64,000 nucleotides of DNA from Pristiophorus japonicus (GCF_044704955.1 NC_091990.1:9052001-9116000), one strand, 5' to 3'; positions 49,948-62,018 are shown, counted from the stretch's first letter. Program-made: numbers and translations. The notes: generated by a model not told the origin, from the letters alone.

Positions 49948-52900
49948 TATTGTGTTCCTAACACAGATGAGGCTGCACACAGAAAGGTTAAAGTAACAGT
50001 GACCTCAGTCTTTAATAAGACACTCCAGAGTAAGGAACAGACCTTAGGGGCTAGCTTATATACAGTGCTCCCAAGGGATGCTGGGATCCCTTGGGACTTC
50101 AGGGGATGCACTCCCTGGTGGCGGAACATGGGAGTGCATGCTTTACAGATAGACAACATCACTCCCCCCCCCCCCCAAAGTCAAAATGAAAACTATTTAC
50201 AAGGTGAGGCGGTCGGGAGCCTTTCTTTCCCTGGTGGACTGCCTTGGTACAAATGTCTGTTCTGGTGTGTTGGCTGTGCCCTCGCTGGGCTGGCGTGTTG
50301 TTGGCCCTGAGAAACGGGGCCGCATAGTCGACATGGATCCTCGCCCATGGTCTGGAGGGCCAGGACCACAAACTGAGTGGTGCCTCTCTGGGCGCGTTGC
50401 TCAACTGAGCACATACGCTGCATTGCCGTACACAGGACTCTAAGTCAGAGTCGATAGCGGGCCACCACACATGGGATCTGGCTATCGCTTTCATCATTAC
50501 TATACCCGGGTGTGCTGTGGAGATCCGAGATGAACGTCTCCCTGCCCTTTTTTGGTAACACTACATGGTTACCCCACAACAGGCAGTCTGCCTGAATGGA
50601 TAGCTCATCCTTTCGCTGCTGGAACGGCTTGATTTGCTCTTGCATTTCAACAGGAATGCTGGCCCAGCTCCCATGCAGTACACAGTTTTTTACTAGGGAC
50701 AGCAGAGGATCTTGGCTGGTCCAAGTCCTAATCTGGCGGGCTGTGACAGGTGATTTATGATTTTCAAATGCTTCCATGACCATCAACAAGTCTGCGGGCT
50801 GCGCCACCATCAACAAGTTTGCAGGCTGCGCCATTTCCACCCCCGTGGGGGCAATGGTAGCCGACTGAGTGCATCCGCACAGTTCTCAGTGCCTGGCCTG
50901 TGGCGGATGGTATATATACGCTGATAGCACGAGTGCCCACTTTGTATGCGGGCTGAGGCATTAGTATTTATCCCCTTGTTTTCAGTGAACAGGGATGTGA
51001 GGGGCTTGTGATCGGTTTCCAGCTCAAATTTGAGGCCAAACAGGTACTGATGCATTTTCTTTCTCAATCATGCTGTAGGCCCTCTCGGCCTTAGACAAGC
51101 TCCTGGAAGCATAGGCGACAGGTTGCAACTTCCCCGCAACGTTAGCTTGTTGTAATACACACCCGACTCTGTACGGCGACACATCCCCTGCTAGCACAAG
51201 TCTTTTACAAGGGTTATACAATACAAGCAGCTTTTTGGAGCATAAAATGTTTCTGGCTTTCTCAAAAGCAATTACTTGTTTTTTTCCCCATACCCAGTTC
51301 TCACCTTTGCGCAATAACACATGTAGGGGCTCTAAGAGGGTGCTTAACCCCGGTAGGAAGTTACCAAAATAGTTGAGGAGTCCCAGGAACAACCGCAGCT
51401 CCGTGACGTTTTGTGGCCTGGGCGCGTTCCTGATAGCCTCTGTCTTGGCGTCTATGGGCCGAATGCCGTCCGCCGCGATCTTTCTCCCCAAAAACTCCAC
51501 TTCTGTTGCCATGAAGACGCATTTCGACCTCTTCAGTCGCAGCCCTAAGCGATCCAGTCGCTGGAGGACCTCCTCCAGGTTTTGTAGGTGCTCGGCGGTG
51601 TCCCGACCTGTGACCAATATGTCGTCCTGAAAGACCACCATGTGTGGTACTGACTTGAGTAGGCTTTCCATGTTTCTCTAGAAGATCGCTGCAGCCGACT
51701 GAATTCCAAATGGGCATCTGTTGTAGATGAACAGTCCCTTGTGCGTGTTGATGCAGGTGAGGCCCTTTGAAGACTCCTCCAGCTCCTACGTCATGTAGGC
51801 CGAAGTCAGGTCGAGCTTGGTGAATGTCTTGCCTCCTGCCAGCGTCGCAAATAGGTCGTCTGCCTTAGGTAATGGGTATTGGTCCTGTAGCGAGAAACGA
51901 TTAATAGTTACTTTATAATCGCCACAAATCCTGACCGTGCCATCACTTTTCAGTACTGAAATGATCGGGCTGGCCCACTCGCTGAATTCCACTGGGGAGA
52001 TGATGCCCTCATGTTGCAGCATGTCCAGCTCGATTTCCACTCTCTCCCTCATCATGTGAGGTACCGCTCGCGCCTTGTAGTGAATGAGTCGTGCCTCTGG
52101 GACCAAGTGGATCCACACCTTCACCCCGGAAAAGTTTCCAATGCCTGGCTTAAAAAGGGAAGGAAATTTGTTCAGAACCTGGGTACATAAGGCCTCATCG
52201 ACATGTGATAGCGCTCGGATGTCATGCCAGTTCCAGCGGATTTTGCCCATCCCAGGTTCCGCCACCAGGGAGCTCATCCCCTGAAGTCCCAAGGGATCCC
52301 AGCCAGCTCCTTCCAAGCAGTGTGGGACCATCGCCCGGGACAATCCAGAGTGGCAGTTCGTGCACTGTGCCCTCATAGGTGACCTTGACCATGGCTCTGT
52401 GATAAGCTCAGGACAGTGATGAGCTCTTTGGTGTACGTTCTCAGTTTCGTGTGGATGGAGCTCAGGGCTGGTTTGAATGCCTTGTTGCACCACAGTCTCT
52501 CAAACATCTTTTTACTCATGATGGATTGGCTAGCGCCAGTGCCCAGTTCCATGGCTACGGGTAAGCCATTCAGTTTTACATTTAGCATTATAGGTGGGCA
52601 TTTCGTCGAAAATGTGTGCACCCCGTGTACTTCAGCATCTGCCTCCTCTCTCTGAGGCTCGAAATTGCTTTGATCCACCATGGACCGATCTTCCTCTGCC
52701 ACGTGGTGGTTAGCAGGTTTTGCAGAGCTTGCAGCTCATTGGAGGTGCCCCATTGTTCCACAGCTCTTGCAAATATACCCTTTGAAGCGGCATGAATAGG
52801 CTGAATGGAAGCCTCCACAACACCAACAAGGTGTGAATTGCCTTGCATTCATCCTTTGTTGGGGACTCTGAGTCATCTCGGTCACCTGTTGGCAGTTGCA

Positions 52901-53757
52901 GACTCGTGGTTTCTGCCCTGTACATTTCAGCTTGCAAACACAGTTCCAGTTCATTTATGAACATTGCTAGCACTTGTGTGCTGAGAGATTTGTTTGGTGT
53001 TATCACTGGTGGACATAAACGCCTGTGCTATCGCAATGGCCTTACTGAGGGTCGGTGTCTCTACAGTCAAAAGTTTTCGTAGGATAGTCTCGTGGCCAAT
53101 GCCCAGTACAAAAAAGTCTCTGAGCATTTGCTCCAGGTAACCATCAAACTCACATTGTCCTGCAAGTCGCCTTAGCTCGGCGATGTAACTCACCACTTCC
53201 TGACCTTCAGATCGCTGGCACGTGTAGAACCGATACCTCACCATCAGCACGCTCTCACTCGGATTAAGATGCTCCCGAACCAGTGTACACAGCTCCTCAT
53301 ATGACTTATCTGTGGGTTTCACCGGAGCCAGAAGATTCTTCATGAGGCTGTATGTCGGTGCCCCGCAGACTGTGAGGAGGACCGCTCTCCTTTTTGCAGC
53401 GCTTCCTTCTCCGTCCAGCTCGTTGGCTACAAAGTACTGGTCTAGCCGTTTGACATAGGCTTCCCAGTCCTCACCCTCCGAGAACTTCTCCAGGATGCCC
53501 ACATTTTGCTGCTTCTTTGCGTTGGATTCGTATTCTCGTCGCCAGTTATTGTGTTCCTAACACAGATGAGGCTGTACACAGGGAGGTTAAAGTAACAGTG
53601 ACCTCAGTCTTTAATAAGACACTCTAGAGTGAGGAACAGGCCTTAGGGGCCAGCTTGTATACAGTGCTCCCAAGGGATGCTAGGATCCCTTGGGACTTCA
53701 GGGGATGCGCTCCCTGGTGGTGGAACATGGGAGTGCATGCTTTACAGATACACAACA
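49948..53757 (-). mobile_element. Ty3/Gypsy (Mag-like) LTR retrotransposon, decayed, integrase core deleted
   Basis: Two 211-bp LTRs (53547-53757 and 49948-50158; about 12 mismatches by hand count); 4-bp TSD CTCC; PBS TGGCGACGAG; G-rich PPT; gag (EDWEAYVKRLDQYFVAN), protease (ELGTGAS), RT (VRICGDYK, FQDDILV), RNase H (ETDHKPL) and integrase N-terminal remnant, with frameshifts. Confidence 0.93.
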
Positions 53758-53761
53758 CTCC

Positions 53762-54240
53762 CATCACCCTATCCCTCTATTCCTTTCTCCCCCATGTGTT
53801 TATCCAGCTTCCCCTTAAATGCATCGATACTATTCACCTCAACCACTCCCTGTGGGAGCGAGTTCCACATTCTCACCACTCTCTGGGTGAAGACGTTTCT
53901 CCTGAATTCCCCATTGGGTTTATTAGTGACTGTCTTATATTGATGGACCCTAGTTCTGGACTCCCCCACTAGTGGAAACATCTCCTCTACATCTACCCTA
54001 TCCGAACCCCTTCATAATTTCAATGACCTCGAGCGGGTCACCCCTCAACCTTCACTTTTCTAGAGAGAAGATCCCCAGCCTGCTCAGCCTTTGTTGATCG
54101 TTATAACCTCTCTTTCTGGGAGCACCTTTGTAAACCTTTGATTTGCACCTTCTGCAGTGCCCCTCTCTCCTTGTGTGCAACATAGAGACCAGAAGTGTTC
54201 ACAGTATTGAAGGTAAAGAGCTGTGTTCTTTCTTACATAG
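53762..54240 (-). mobile_element. CR1 LINE 3' fragment; its tail continues left of the Gypsy at about 49850-49947
   Basis: MFPLVGESRTR..RVVRMWNSLPQ. Confidence 0.8.
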
Positions 54241-54301
54241 TGACATATATCATCATTGGTCGCATTCTCAACCGTCGGGAAGAATTTTTGGGGCCACGAG
54301 A

Positions 54302-54720
54302 GCATCATCATCATCATCATCATAGGCAGTCCCTCGGAATCGAGGAAGACTTGCTTCCACTCCTAGAATGATTCCTTAGGTGGCTGAACAGTCCAATCCG
54401 AGAGCCACAGCCCCTGTCACAGGTGGGACAGACAGTGGTTGAGGGAAGGTGAGGGGGGGACTGGTTTGCCGCACGCTCTTTCCGCTGCCTGCGCTTGATT
54501 TCTGCATGCTCTCGGCGACGAGACGCGAGGAGCTCAGCGCCCTCCCGGATGCACTTCCACCACTTAGGGCGGTCTTGGGCCAGGGACGCCCAGGTGCCGG
54601 TGGGGATGTTGCACTTTTATCAGGGAGGCTTTGAGGGTGGTCCCTTGTAACGTTTCCGCTGCCCACCTGGGGCTGGTTTGCCGTGTCGGAGCTCCGATTA
54701 GAGCGCTTGCTTTGGGAGTT
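54302..54720 (-). mobile_element. RTE LINE 3' fragment abutting the SELENON CpG island
   Basis: (CAT)n tail at about 54303-54323 and the same RTE 3' sequence as the other copies. Confidence 0.9.
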
Positions 54721-54724
54721 TGCT

Positions 54725-54881
54725 GATTGACATCCGCCAGGTCCCAGTCCCGATCCACTGCGGACAGACTCCAGACTTTCCTCATTCCCGGAGCCGCACG
54801 TAGCGGCCGGAGAGCGAGCGTCCGCCGGACAGAGCGGCGCTGGGCTTGGGAGCGGAGCGGGGCTGTGGCGGCTGCCGGGCC
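54725..54881 (+). promoter_or_regulatory. SELENON CpG island / 5'UTR
   Basis: CpG-dense sequence directly upstream of a strong Kozak context GGCCATGG. Confidence 0.6.
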
Positions 54882-55076
54882 ATGGCTCCCGATGTGCGGC
54901 AGCGCCGGATGCGGAGCGGGGCAGAGCCGGAGTCTGCGGCCGGGGAGGGCACGGCGCAACCCGGCCCCAGGATCGGCCTCCCGGCGCTGCTGGCGGTCGG
55001 GGCGGTGCTGGCGGCGGCGGCGGCGGCGGGGGCGGGCTGGAAATGTTACCGGGACTGCGGGAGAGCGAAGCGGCAG
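54882..55076 (+). CDS. SELENON: Selenoprotein N coding exon 1 (N-terminal TM anchor)
   Basis: MAPDVRQRR..GLPALLAVGAVLAAAAAAGAGWKCYRDCGRAKRQ|GTGAGA, phase 0; joins exon 2 (EDALRSLG) at the same RQ|E position as in human. Confidence 0.85.
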
Positions 55077-55727
55077 GTGAGAGAGGGGAGGGAAGGGGGA
55101 CTTCTCCATCGGGGGAGGCAGTGATGGAGCAAAACCTTCCATTAATACCTTTAATCAATAACCAAAGCGGCCAGATCGGGTCAGGGAGAGGGGGGTGAGT
55201 TGGGGGAGAGGGGGGTGAGTTGCGGGGGAGGGGGAAGACCAGGAACTCTGTGCCTGGGCTCAGAGTTGTGCAGATTGCTGAGCCGGGGATGGAGGGACTG
55301 ACCGAGCATTGCATGTCTACCTCCCCCATCGCCAGCCTGGAATGACCGCTTCCCCTGAAACCTCTAGGAATCTCCAGCCCCCCAAAAATGTTCTTTTTCA
55401 TTCGATCACATGGTGCCTTTTCTGTTGTGTCATCAACTTAGAACCTTCTTAAAATCTGGGCCATGTATTTAGTCCCGATATAACTATTTGGGAGTAAGAT
55501 TTGAGAGCCATTGTCTTCAGTGTAAGCACTCCTTCGTCCCCTGCTCCATCTGCAAAAGCACATAGACAGGCTAAGTGAGTGGGGAAAAAATTTGGCAGAT
55601 GGAGTATAATGTTGGAAAGTGTGAGGTCATGCACTTTGGCAGAAAAAAAATCTAATTATTACTTAAATGGAGAAAGATTGCAAAGTGCTGCAGTACAGCG
55701 GGACCTGGGGGTACTTGTGCATGAAAC

Positions 55728-58449
55728 TCTTTTAGAGTCTACCTGCAAAACATAAACATTAAACTGTGCCACCCGACCTGGGTGACACACCAGACATTTA
55801 CAAGGCCCTTTTTTCCTTTTTTTGGTTTTTTTTGGTGTTTTTTTGGTTTTTTTTTTGGTTTTTTTTTTTGGGCACTAAAATCACAATTTCTCCGGTGCCC
55901 CCTATAAAAGGGAAGGGGACACTAAAAGCACCGGCAATTAAAACAAATTAAACTTTAAAACGTAAAATCAAATTAAAATTTGGTTGCCGGGCGTGATGAT
56001 GCACTCCAGTCCCTCCGGTGCCCACCTCTCGCGGAAGGCCGCGAGCGTACCGGTGGACACCGCGTGCTCCATCTCCAAGGACACCCTGGACCGGATGTAA
56101 GAGCGGAAGAGAGGCAGGCAGTCAGGTTGAACGACCCCCTCGACCGCCCGCTGCCTGGACCGGCTGATGGCACCCTTGGCCGTGCCCAGGAGCAGTCCTA
56201 CGAGGAGGCCTTCGGACCTACCCGCTCCCCTCCGCACAGGGTGCCCAAAGATCAGGAGAGTGGGACTGAAGTGCAGCCAGAATTTCAGGAGCAGCCCCTT
56301 CAAATAGTGGAACAGGGGCTGCAACCTTGTGCACTCCATAAAAACATGGAACACGGACTCCTCCAGACCGCAGAAATTGCAGGCGGCCTGGGAGTCCGTG
56401 AACCGGCTTAAAAATTTGTTGCACGGCACTGCTCCGTGCACCACCCTCCAGGCCAAGTCCCCGATGAATAGTGGGAGGACCCCTGCGTAGAGTGCCCTCC
56501 ATCGGGGACCCCCGCCTCCTCCGGACGGCAAGATGGTACGCCATGGCGTGTCCGGACGGCCGGCGAGGATGGCAAAGTTGAGGGTGTGCAGGAGCAGCCC
56601 GTACAGGAAACCCCTCCGCGCGGAACTGAAAGGCACGGAGGGGATTTCCCCGAGGCGGCTCAAGTTGTGAGGCGCCGGCCCCCGAGGGAGGTTCCGGGGT
56701 TTGGCGCCGATGAGGAATTCCGTCCGGACGGGGGTCAGTTCGGACGGGATCTCCCCACGTGCTTGAGCCTCCTCGATGCACCTAACGGAGTCAGGGCCCA
56801 GAGCTGTTTTTAGCGACTCGATGGCATCGGCCGCGTGGCGGACGTTGGCAGAATTTAGGCGCCGCGCCAGCGTGTCTGGTGCCATCCAGCCCGCTCCTCC
56901 GCCATCGAGCAGGTCCCTGACCCTGGTCACCTCACCAGCCACAGCCCTCTCTTCCGACCGCCACATAAAGCCTCGGCCGTGGAGGTACGGATTCCCGAGC
57001 AGCGGCTCCTGCAGGACGGCCGCCACTCCAGCCGGCGGAGAGCTGCGCTTGGTGGAGACTTTGTTCCAGACCCTGATGAGTTCCCTGTAAAAGACAGGCA
57101 GCTCCCGGAGGGCGGTCCTGGCACCCCCCAAGTTCACAAACAGGAGCTGCGTGTCATAATTGAGGTCGAGCTGCTGGCGGAAGAAATACCTCGCCAGAGC
57201 GCACCACCTAGGAGGGGGCTCGACGTAAAGGTATCTCTGCAGGGTCTGAAGACGGAAAGTCGCGAGCTGGGCGCTGACGCACACCAACGACTGACCGCCC
57301 TCCTCAAGCGGGAGACTCAAGACCGCGGCAGAGACCCAGTGCTTCCTGTTGTTCCAGAAGAAGTCCACCAGCTTCTTCTGTATCTTGGCGACAAACGCAG
57401 GGGGAGGGGTCAAAGTGACCAGCCGGTACCACAGCATTGCGGCCACCAGCTGGTTTATGACTAGCGCTCGACCCCTGTAGGACAGCACTCGGAGCAGTCC
57501 TGTCCAGCGCCCTAGGCGAGCGGCGACCTTGGCCTCCAGCTCCTGCCAGTTCGCCGGCCAGGCTCCCTCGTCGGGGCTAAGGTAGACTCCCAGATAGAGG
57601 AGATGGGTCGTGCTCCAGGCAAAAGGCCTGAGCTCCTCCGGCAGGGAGTCCACCCGCCACTGACCCACCAGGAGTCCGGAACATTTCTCCCAGTTGATCC
57701 TGGCGGAGGACGCGGCCGAGTAAATCTCCTGGCACTCACGCATCCTCCGCAGGTCAGCGGGATCCTCTACCGCGAGGAGCACGTCATCGGCGTAAGCCGA
57801 GAGGACGACCTCCACGCCCGGCCCTTGCAGAGCCAGTCCCGTCAACCTCGTCCGCAAGAGGCGCAGGAAAGGCTCCACGCAAACAGCATATAACTGGCCG
57901 GACATGGGGCATCCCTGGCGCACCCCTCTCCTAAAGCGAAGGGGCGCCGTCAAGGACCCGTTAACCTTAATCAGACACTCCGCGGCGGCGTACAAAAGTC
58001 GGATCCGGGCGACGAAATGCGTCCCGAACCCGAAAGCGCGCAGAGTTCCGAGCAGATAGTCGTGATCCACCCTGTCGAACGCCTTCTCTTGGTCGAGGGA
58101 TAGGAAGGCGACCGACAGACCAGCCTCCTGGGAACAATGGATGAGGTCCCGGACCAGATGGATGTTATCGTGGATTGTCCGGCCCGGGACCGTGTATGAC
58201 TGGTCGGGGTGGATCATGTGGTCCAGCACGGCACCAAGGCGAGCAGACATCGCCCTGGCGAAGATTTTGTAGTCCGTGCTGAGGAGGGAGACCGGGCGCC
58301 AGTTCTTAAGGAGGCGGAGATCGCCCTTCTTAGGCAGCAGGACGATGACTGCCCTGCGCCAAGAGAGGGGCATCTCCCCGGTCGCCAGACTTTCCCCCAG
58401 GACCCGCGCGTAGTCGCTCCCCAGGACGTCCCAGAACGCCCTGTGGAAC
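55728..58449 (-). mobile_element. Tx1-like (L1 group) non-LTR retrotransposon, 5'-truncated and apparently young
   Basis: TGAAAC duplicated at 55722-55727 and 58450-58455; GC-rich; uninterrupted ORF2 portion plus 3'UTR. Confidence 0.92.
55968..58449 (-). CDS. Tx1-like ORF2 fragment: reverse transcriptase plus C-terminal Cys/His zinc motif (endonuclease missing)
   Basis: KNWRPVSLLSTDYKI, SLDQEKAFDRV, GVRQGCPMS, AYADDV, CNFCGLEESVFHVFMEC; about 826 codons without a stop. The ORF-track start (MFQ) comes from the CR1 flank. Confidence 0.88.
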
Positions 58450-59279
58450 TGAAACACAAAAGGTTAGTATGCAGGTGCAGCAAGTGATCAAGAAGGCCAA
58501 TGGAATCTTGGCTTTTATTGCAAAGGGGAGGGAGTATAAAAGCAGGGACGTCTTGCTACAGCTGTACAGGGCATTGGTGAGGCCACACCTGGGATACTGT
58601 GTGCAGTTTTGGTTTCCATATTTACGAAAGAATATACTTGCTTTGAAGGCAGTTCAGAGAAGGTTCACTAGGTTGATCCCGGGGATGAGGGGGTTGACTT
58701 ATGAGGAAAGGTTGAGTAGGTTGGGCCTCTACTCATTGGAATTCAGAAGAATGAGAGGTGATCTTATCGAAACGTATAAGATTATGAGGAGGCTTGACAA
58801 GGTGGATGCAGACAGGATGTTTCCACTGATAGGGGAGACTAGAACTAGAGGGCATGATCTTAGAATAAGGGGCCGCCCTTTAAAGCAGAAATGAGGAGAA
58901 ATTTCTGCTCTCAGAGGGTTGTAAATCTGTGGAATTTGCTGCTTCGGAGAGCTGTGCAAGCTGGGACATTGAATAAATTTAAGACAGAAATAGACAGTTT
59001 CTTAAACGATAAGGGAATAAGGGGTTATGGGGAGTGGGCAGGGAAGTGGAGCTAAGTCCATGATCAGATCAGCCATGATCTTATTGAATGGCGGAGCAGG
59101 CTCGAGGGGCCTTATGGCCTACTCCTGCTCCTATTTCTTATGTTCTTATGTTCTTATCCTCATTTACCACATTACCGCAGTGACCACTTCAAAAAGTACC
59201 TCATTGGCTGTAAAGTGCTTTGGGACGTCTGATGGTCATGAAAGGCGCTATATAAATGCAAGTCTTTCTTACTCTGTCT

Positions 59280-60560
59280 GAAGCTGAACCAGACCGTTGG
59301 CAAACTTGCCGTCCTATTTGACCCTGAGGTGGAGCTTCTGACCCCATCTCCTCTCCATCACCAAGCCCACCTATTTCCACCTCCCTAACATCGCCCGTCT
59401 CCGCCCCTGCCTCAGCTCACCTACTTTTGTTACCTCTAGACTTGACTATTCCAATGCACTCCTGGCCGGCCTCCCACCTTGAACTCTCTAAATGTGAGCT
59501 CATCCAAAACTCTGCTGCCCGTGTTCTAACTCACATCAAGTCCCGCTCACCCATCATCATCATAGGCAGTCCCTCGAGATCGAGGAAGACTTGCTTTCAT
59601 GCAAAATGAGTTCTCAGGTGACTGTACAGTCCAATACGGGAATTACAGTCTCTGTCACAGGTGGGACAGACAGTGGTTGAAGGAAAGGGTGGGTGGGGAG
59701 TCTGGTTTGCCGCACGCTCCTTCCGCTGCCCGCGCTTGGTTTCTGCATGCTCTCGGCGACGAGACTCGAGGTGCTCAGCGCCCTCCCAGATGCTCTTCGT
59801 CCACTTAGGGTGGTCTTTGGCCAGGGACTCTCAGGTGTCGGTGGGGATGTTGCACTTTATCAAGGAGGCTTTGAGGGCGTCCTTGAAATGTTTCCTCTGC
59901 CCACCTGGGGCTCGCTTGCCGTGTAGGAGTTCCGAGTAGAGCGCTTGCTTTGGGAGTCTCCTGTCGGGCATGCGGACGATGTGGCCCGCCCAACGGAGCT
60001 GGTCGAGTGTGGCCAGTGCTTCGATGCTGGGGATGTTGGCCTGGTTGAGAACACTGGCGTTGGTGTGTCTGTCCTCCCAGTGGATTTTCAGGATCTTGCG
60101 GAGACAGCGCTGGTGGTATTTCTCCAGTGCTTTGAGGTGTCTGCTGTATATGGTGCACGTCTCTCAGCCATACAGGAGGGTGGACTATCACTACAGCCCT
60201 GTAGACCATAAGTTTGGTGCCAGATTTGCGGTCCTGGTCTTCAAATACTCTCTTCCTCAGGCGACCGAAGGCTGTGCTGGCGCATTGGAGGCGGTGTTGG
60301 ACCTCGTCGTCGATGTCTGCCCTTGTGATAATAGGCTGCCGAGGTATGGAAAATGGTCCACGTTGTCCAAGGCCGCGCCGTGGATTTTGATGACCGGGGG
60401 GCAGTGCTGTGTGGCGGGGCCAGGTTGGTGGTGGACCTTTGTCTCGCCCATCACTCCTGTGCTCGCTGACCTACATTGCCCTAATGTATTCGCACATTGT
60501 TTGGTGCCAATTTGTTTCAGACCCTGTGGGATGTTTCAGTACATTAAAGGTGCTGTATAA
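59280..60560. mobile_element. L2 LINE fragment (plus) interrupted by an RTE fragment (59553-60440, minus)
   Basis: [31 protein letters not shown] resumes as PITPVLADLH after the RTE; CCCATCA on both sides. Confidence 0.8.
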
Positions 60561-61546
60561 ACGCACGCTTCTGTTAAACAAAAACATCACGGGATGTTTC
60601 TAAAAGTAACCGTGTGTGTGTGAGACTAATGAAGAAACGTCTTTCCCACTGATCAACACCAAGTCTTTTAAAATCTTTGAAAAAATTGGATTTTATCTCC
60701 TCTGCCGAAGAGGAGGCATGAATCCATTTGAGGTGCAGAACTAAAGGCAGCAAAACCGCCCAGGGCTCATCGGTCGCCATGTGTGAGCCCGACCCCAGGC
60801 GGGCATTGGTTGATGGGGTTGTTAGGCATTTTGATTGTGGGGAGGGAGAGGACAGAGAAGGCAATTTGACATCCTCTTCATTCAACAGCCACAAGTACAA
60901 TTACAGTCGGGAATTCTGGATCACGATTGGAAGCAGGAATATGAACAATTTGCCCCCCCCGCCCCCTCCAGAGCACAAACACCTACTGCTGAGCACAGCA
61001 TGTGCCGAGAATTGAACCTGACACCTTCTTGGTCTGTCTGGGTTAGCGACTCGCTGGATAAACACTCTGCTGTGGGGAGGAGCAGACATTGCCACGCCTG
61101 GGGTACCTTTCTGATTGTGGATTGGTTTAACAGCCTATATCTTTGCTTCCCTTGTTCTGTGCTGTTGGATGGTCTCGGGTGAGGAAAACAGTGAGGATAC
61201 CACACACGACCCCCCCCCCACCCCCCCCCCGACTCGGAGAGTGGGGGGGAAATACAGAAACACTTGTTGAAGGTCGTTCGTCACTGGCCAATGTTGGTAA
61301 GTCTGTTTGTTGGACATGAGCTGTGGCTGGACCGGGCTGGGTATGGCTGCAAACTCTGTGTTGGGAGGATCGTGCGTAAAGAATCACAAAGTGGCCAAAG
61401 TGCAGGAGAAGAGATATGGAGGAAATGGCATCTCACTTTTGTATGGAATTTTGTTGCAAAAGAATCCAAACTGTTTATTATGTTGTGGTTTTAACCAGTG
61501 ATTCAATATTGTTTACATTTAAAATCTAATATTTATCTTGTCACAG

Positions 61547-61664
61547 GAAGATGCTCTCAGATCCCTTGGCAGCGAAGGATTCTTCCTGTTTTCCTCATTT
61601 GATGCCAATAATGACATGTACCTCAGTCCAGAGGAGTTCAAGCCTCTAGCTGAAAAACTAACAG
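61547..61664 (+). CDS. SELENON: Selenoprotein N coding exon 2 (EF-hand)
   Basis: CACAG|GAA gives [39 protein letters not shown]; donor G|GTGCAG; 118 nt. Confidence 0.95.
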
Positions 61665-61887
61665 GTGCAGTACAGTCAAACTATAGCTGGCAATTGCCTA
61701 TACAGGGTCTGCTGTCTACTCTATTGATGTGGGTTATTCAACAGTTTATACATGTGGCGTTTAATGGCACATGGTAAAAACCCAGGTGAATGCAACTTCT
61801 TTTATTTACGTACAGTCTGATGTAAAGAAACTGTTGTCAATCCACCTGAAATTAGTGGCTGAGTGAGTTTGCTGTGTTTTTGTGCAG

Positions 61888-62018
61888 GGATTGCCCCAGC
61901 CCCGGACTTTGAGAGCGGTGAGGAGCTGGATCCGAATGCTGAGATACTGACGATTGAAGCCAAATTCCAGCCTCTGCTCCTGGAAACTATGACGAAGAGC
62001 AAAGACGGGTTTCTTGGC
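61888..62018 (+). CDS. SELENON: Selenoprotein N coding exon 3 (equivalent to human exon 4)
   Basis: TGTGCAG|GG ATT gives IAPAPDFESGEELDPNAEILTIEAKFQPLLLETMTKSKDGFLG|GTGAGT. Confidence 0.95.

Larger units (their letters stand above)
55555..59157 (+). mobile_element. CR1 LINE 3' part split by the Tx1-like insertion (55555-55727 and 58450-59157)
   Basis: The two halves rejoin as GTACTTGTGCATGAAACACAAAAGG, as in the uninterrupted copy near 41750; (TTCTTATG)n tail. Confidence 0.9.

Noticed and set aside
54376-55401. 341-aa and 192-aa minus-strand Pro/Ala-rich ORFs
   Set aside because: Chimeric read-through of the GC-rich SELENON exon 1 antisense strand and RTE sequence.
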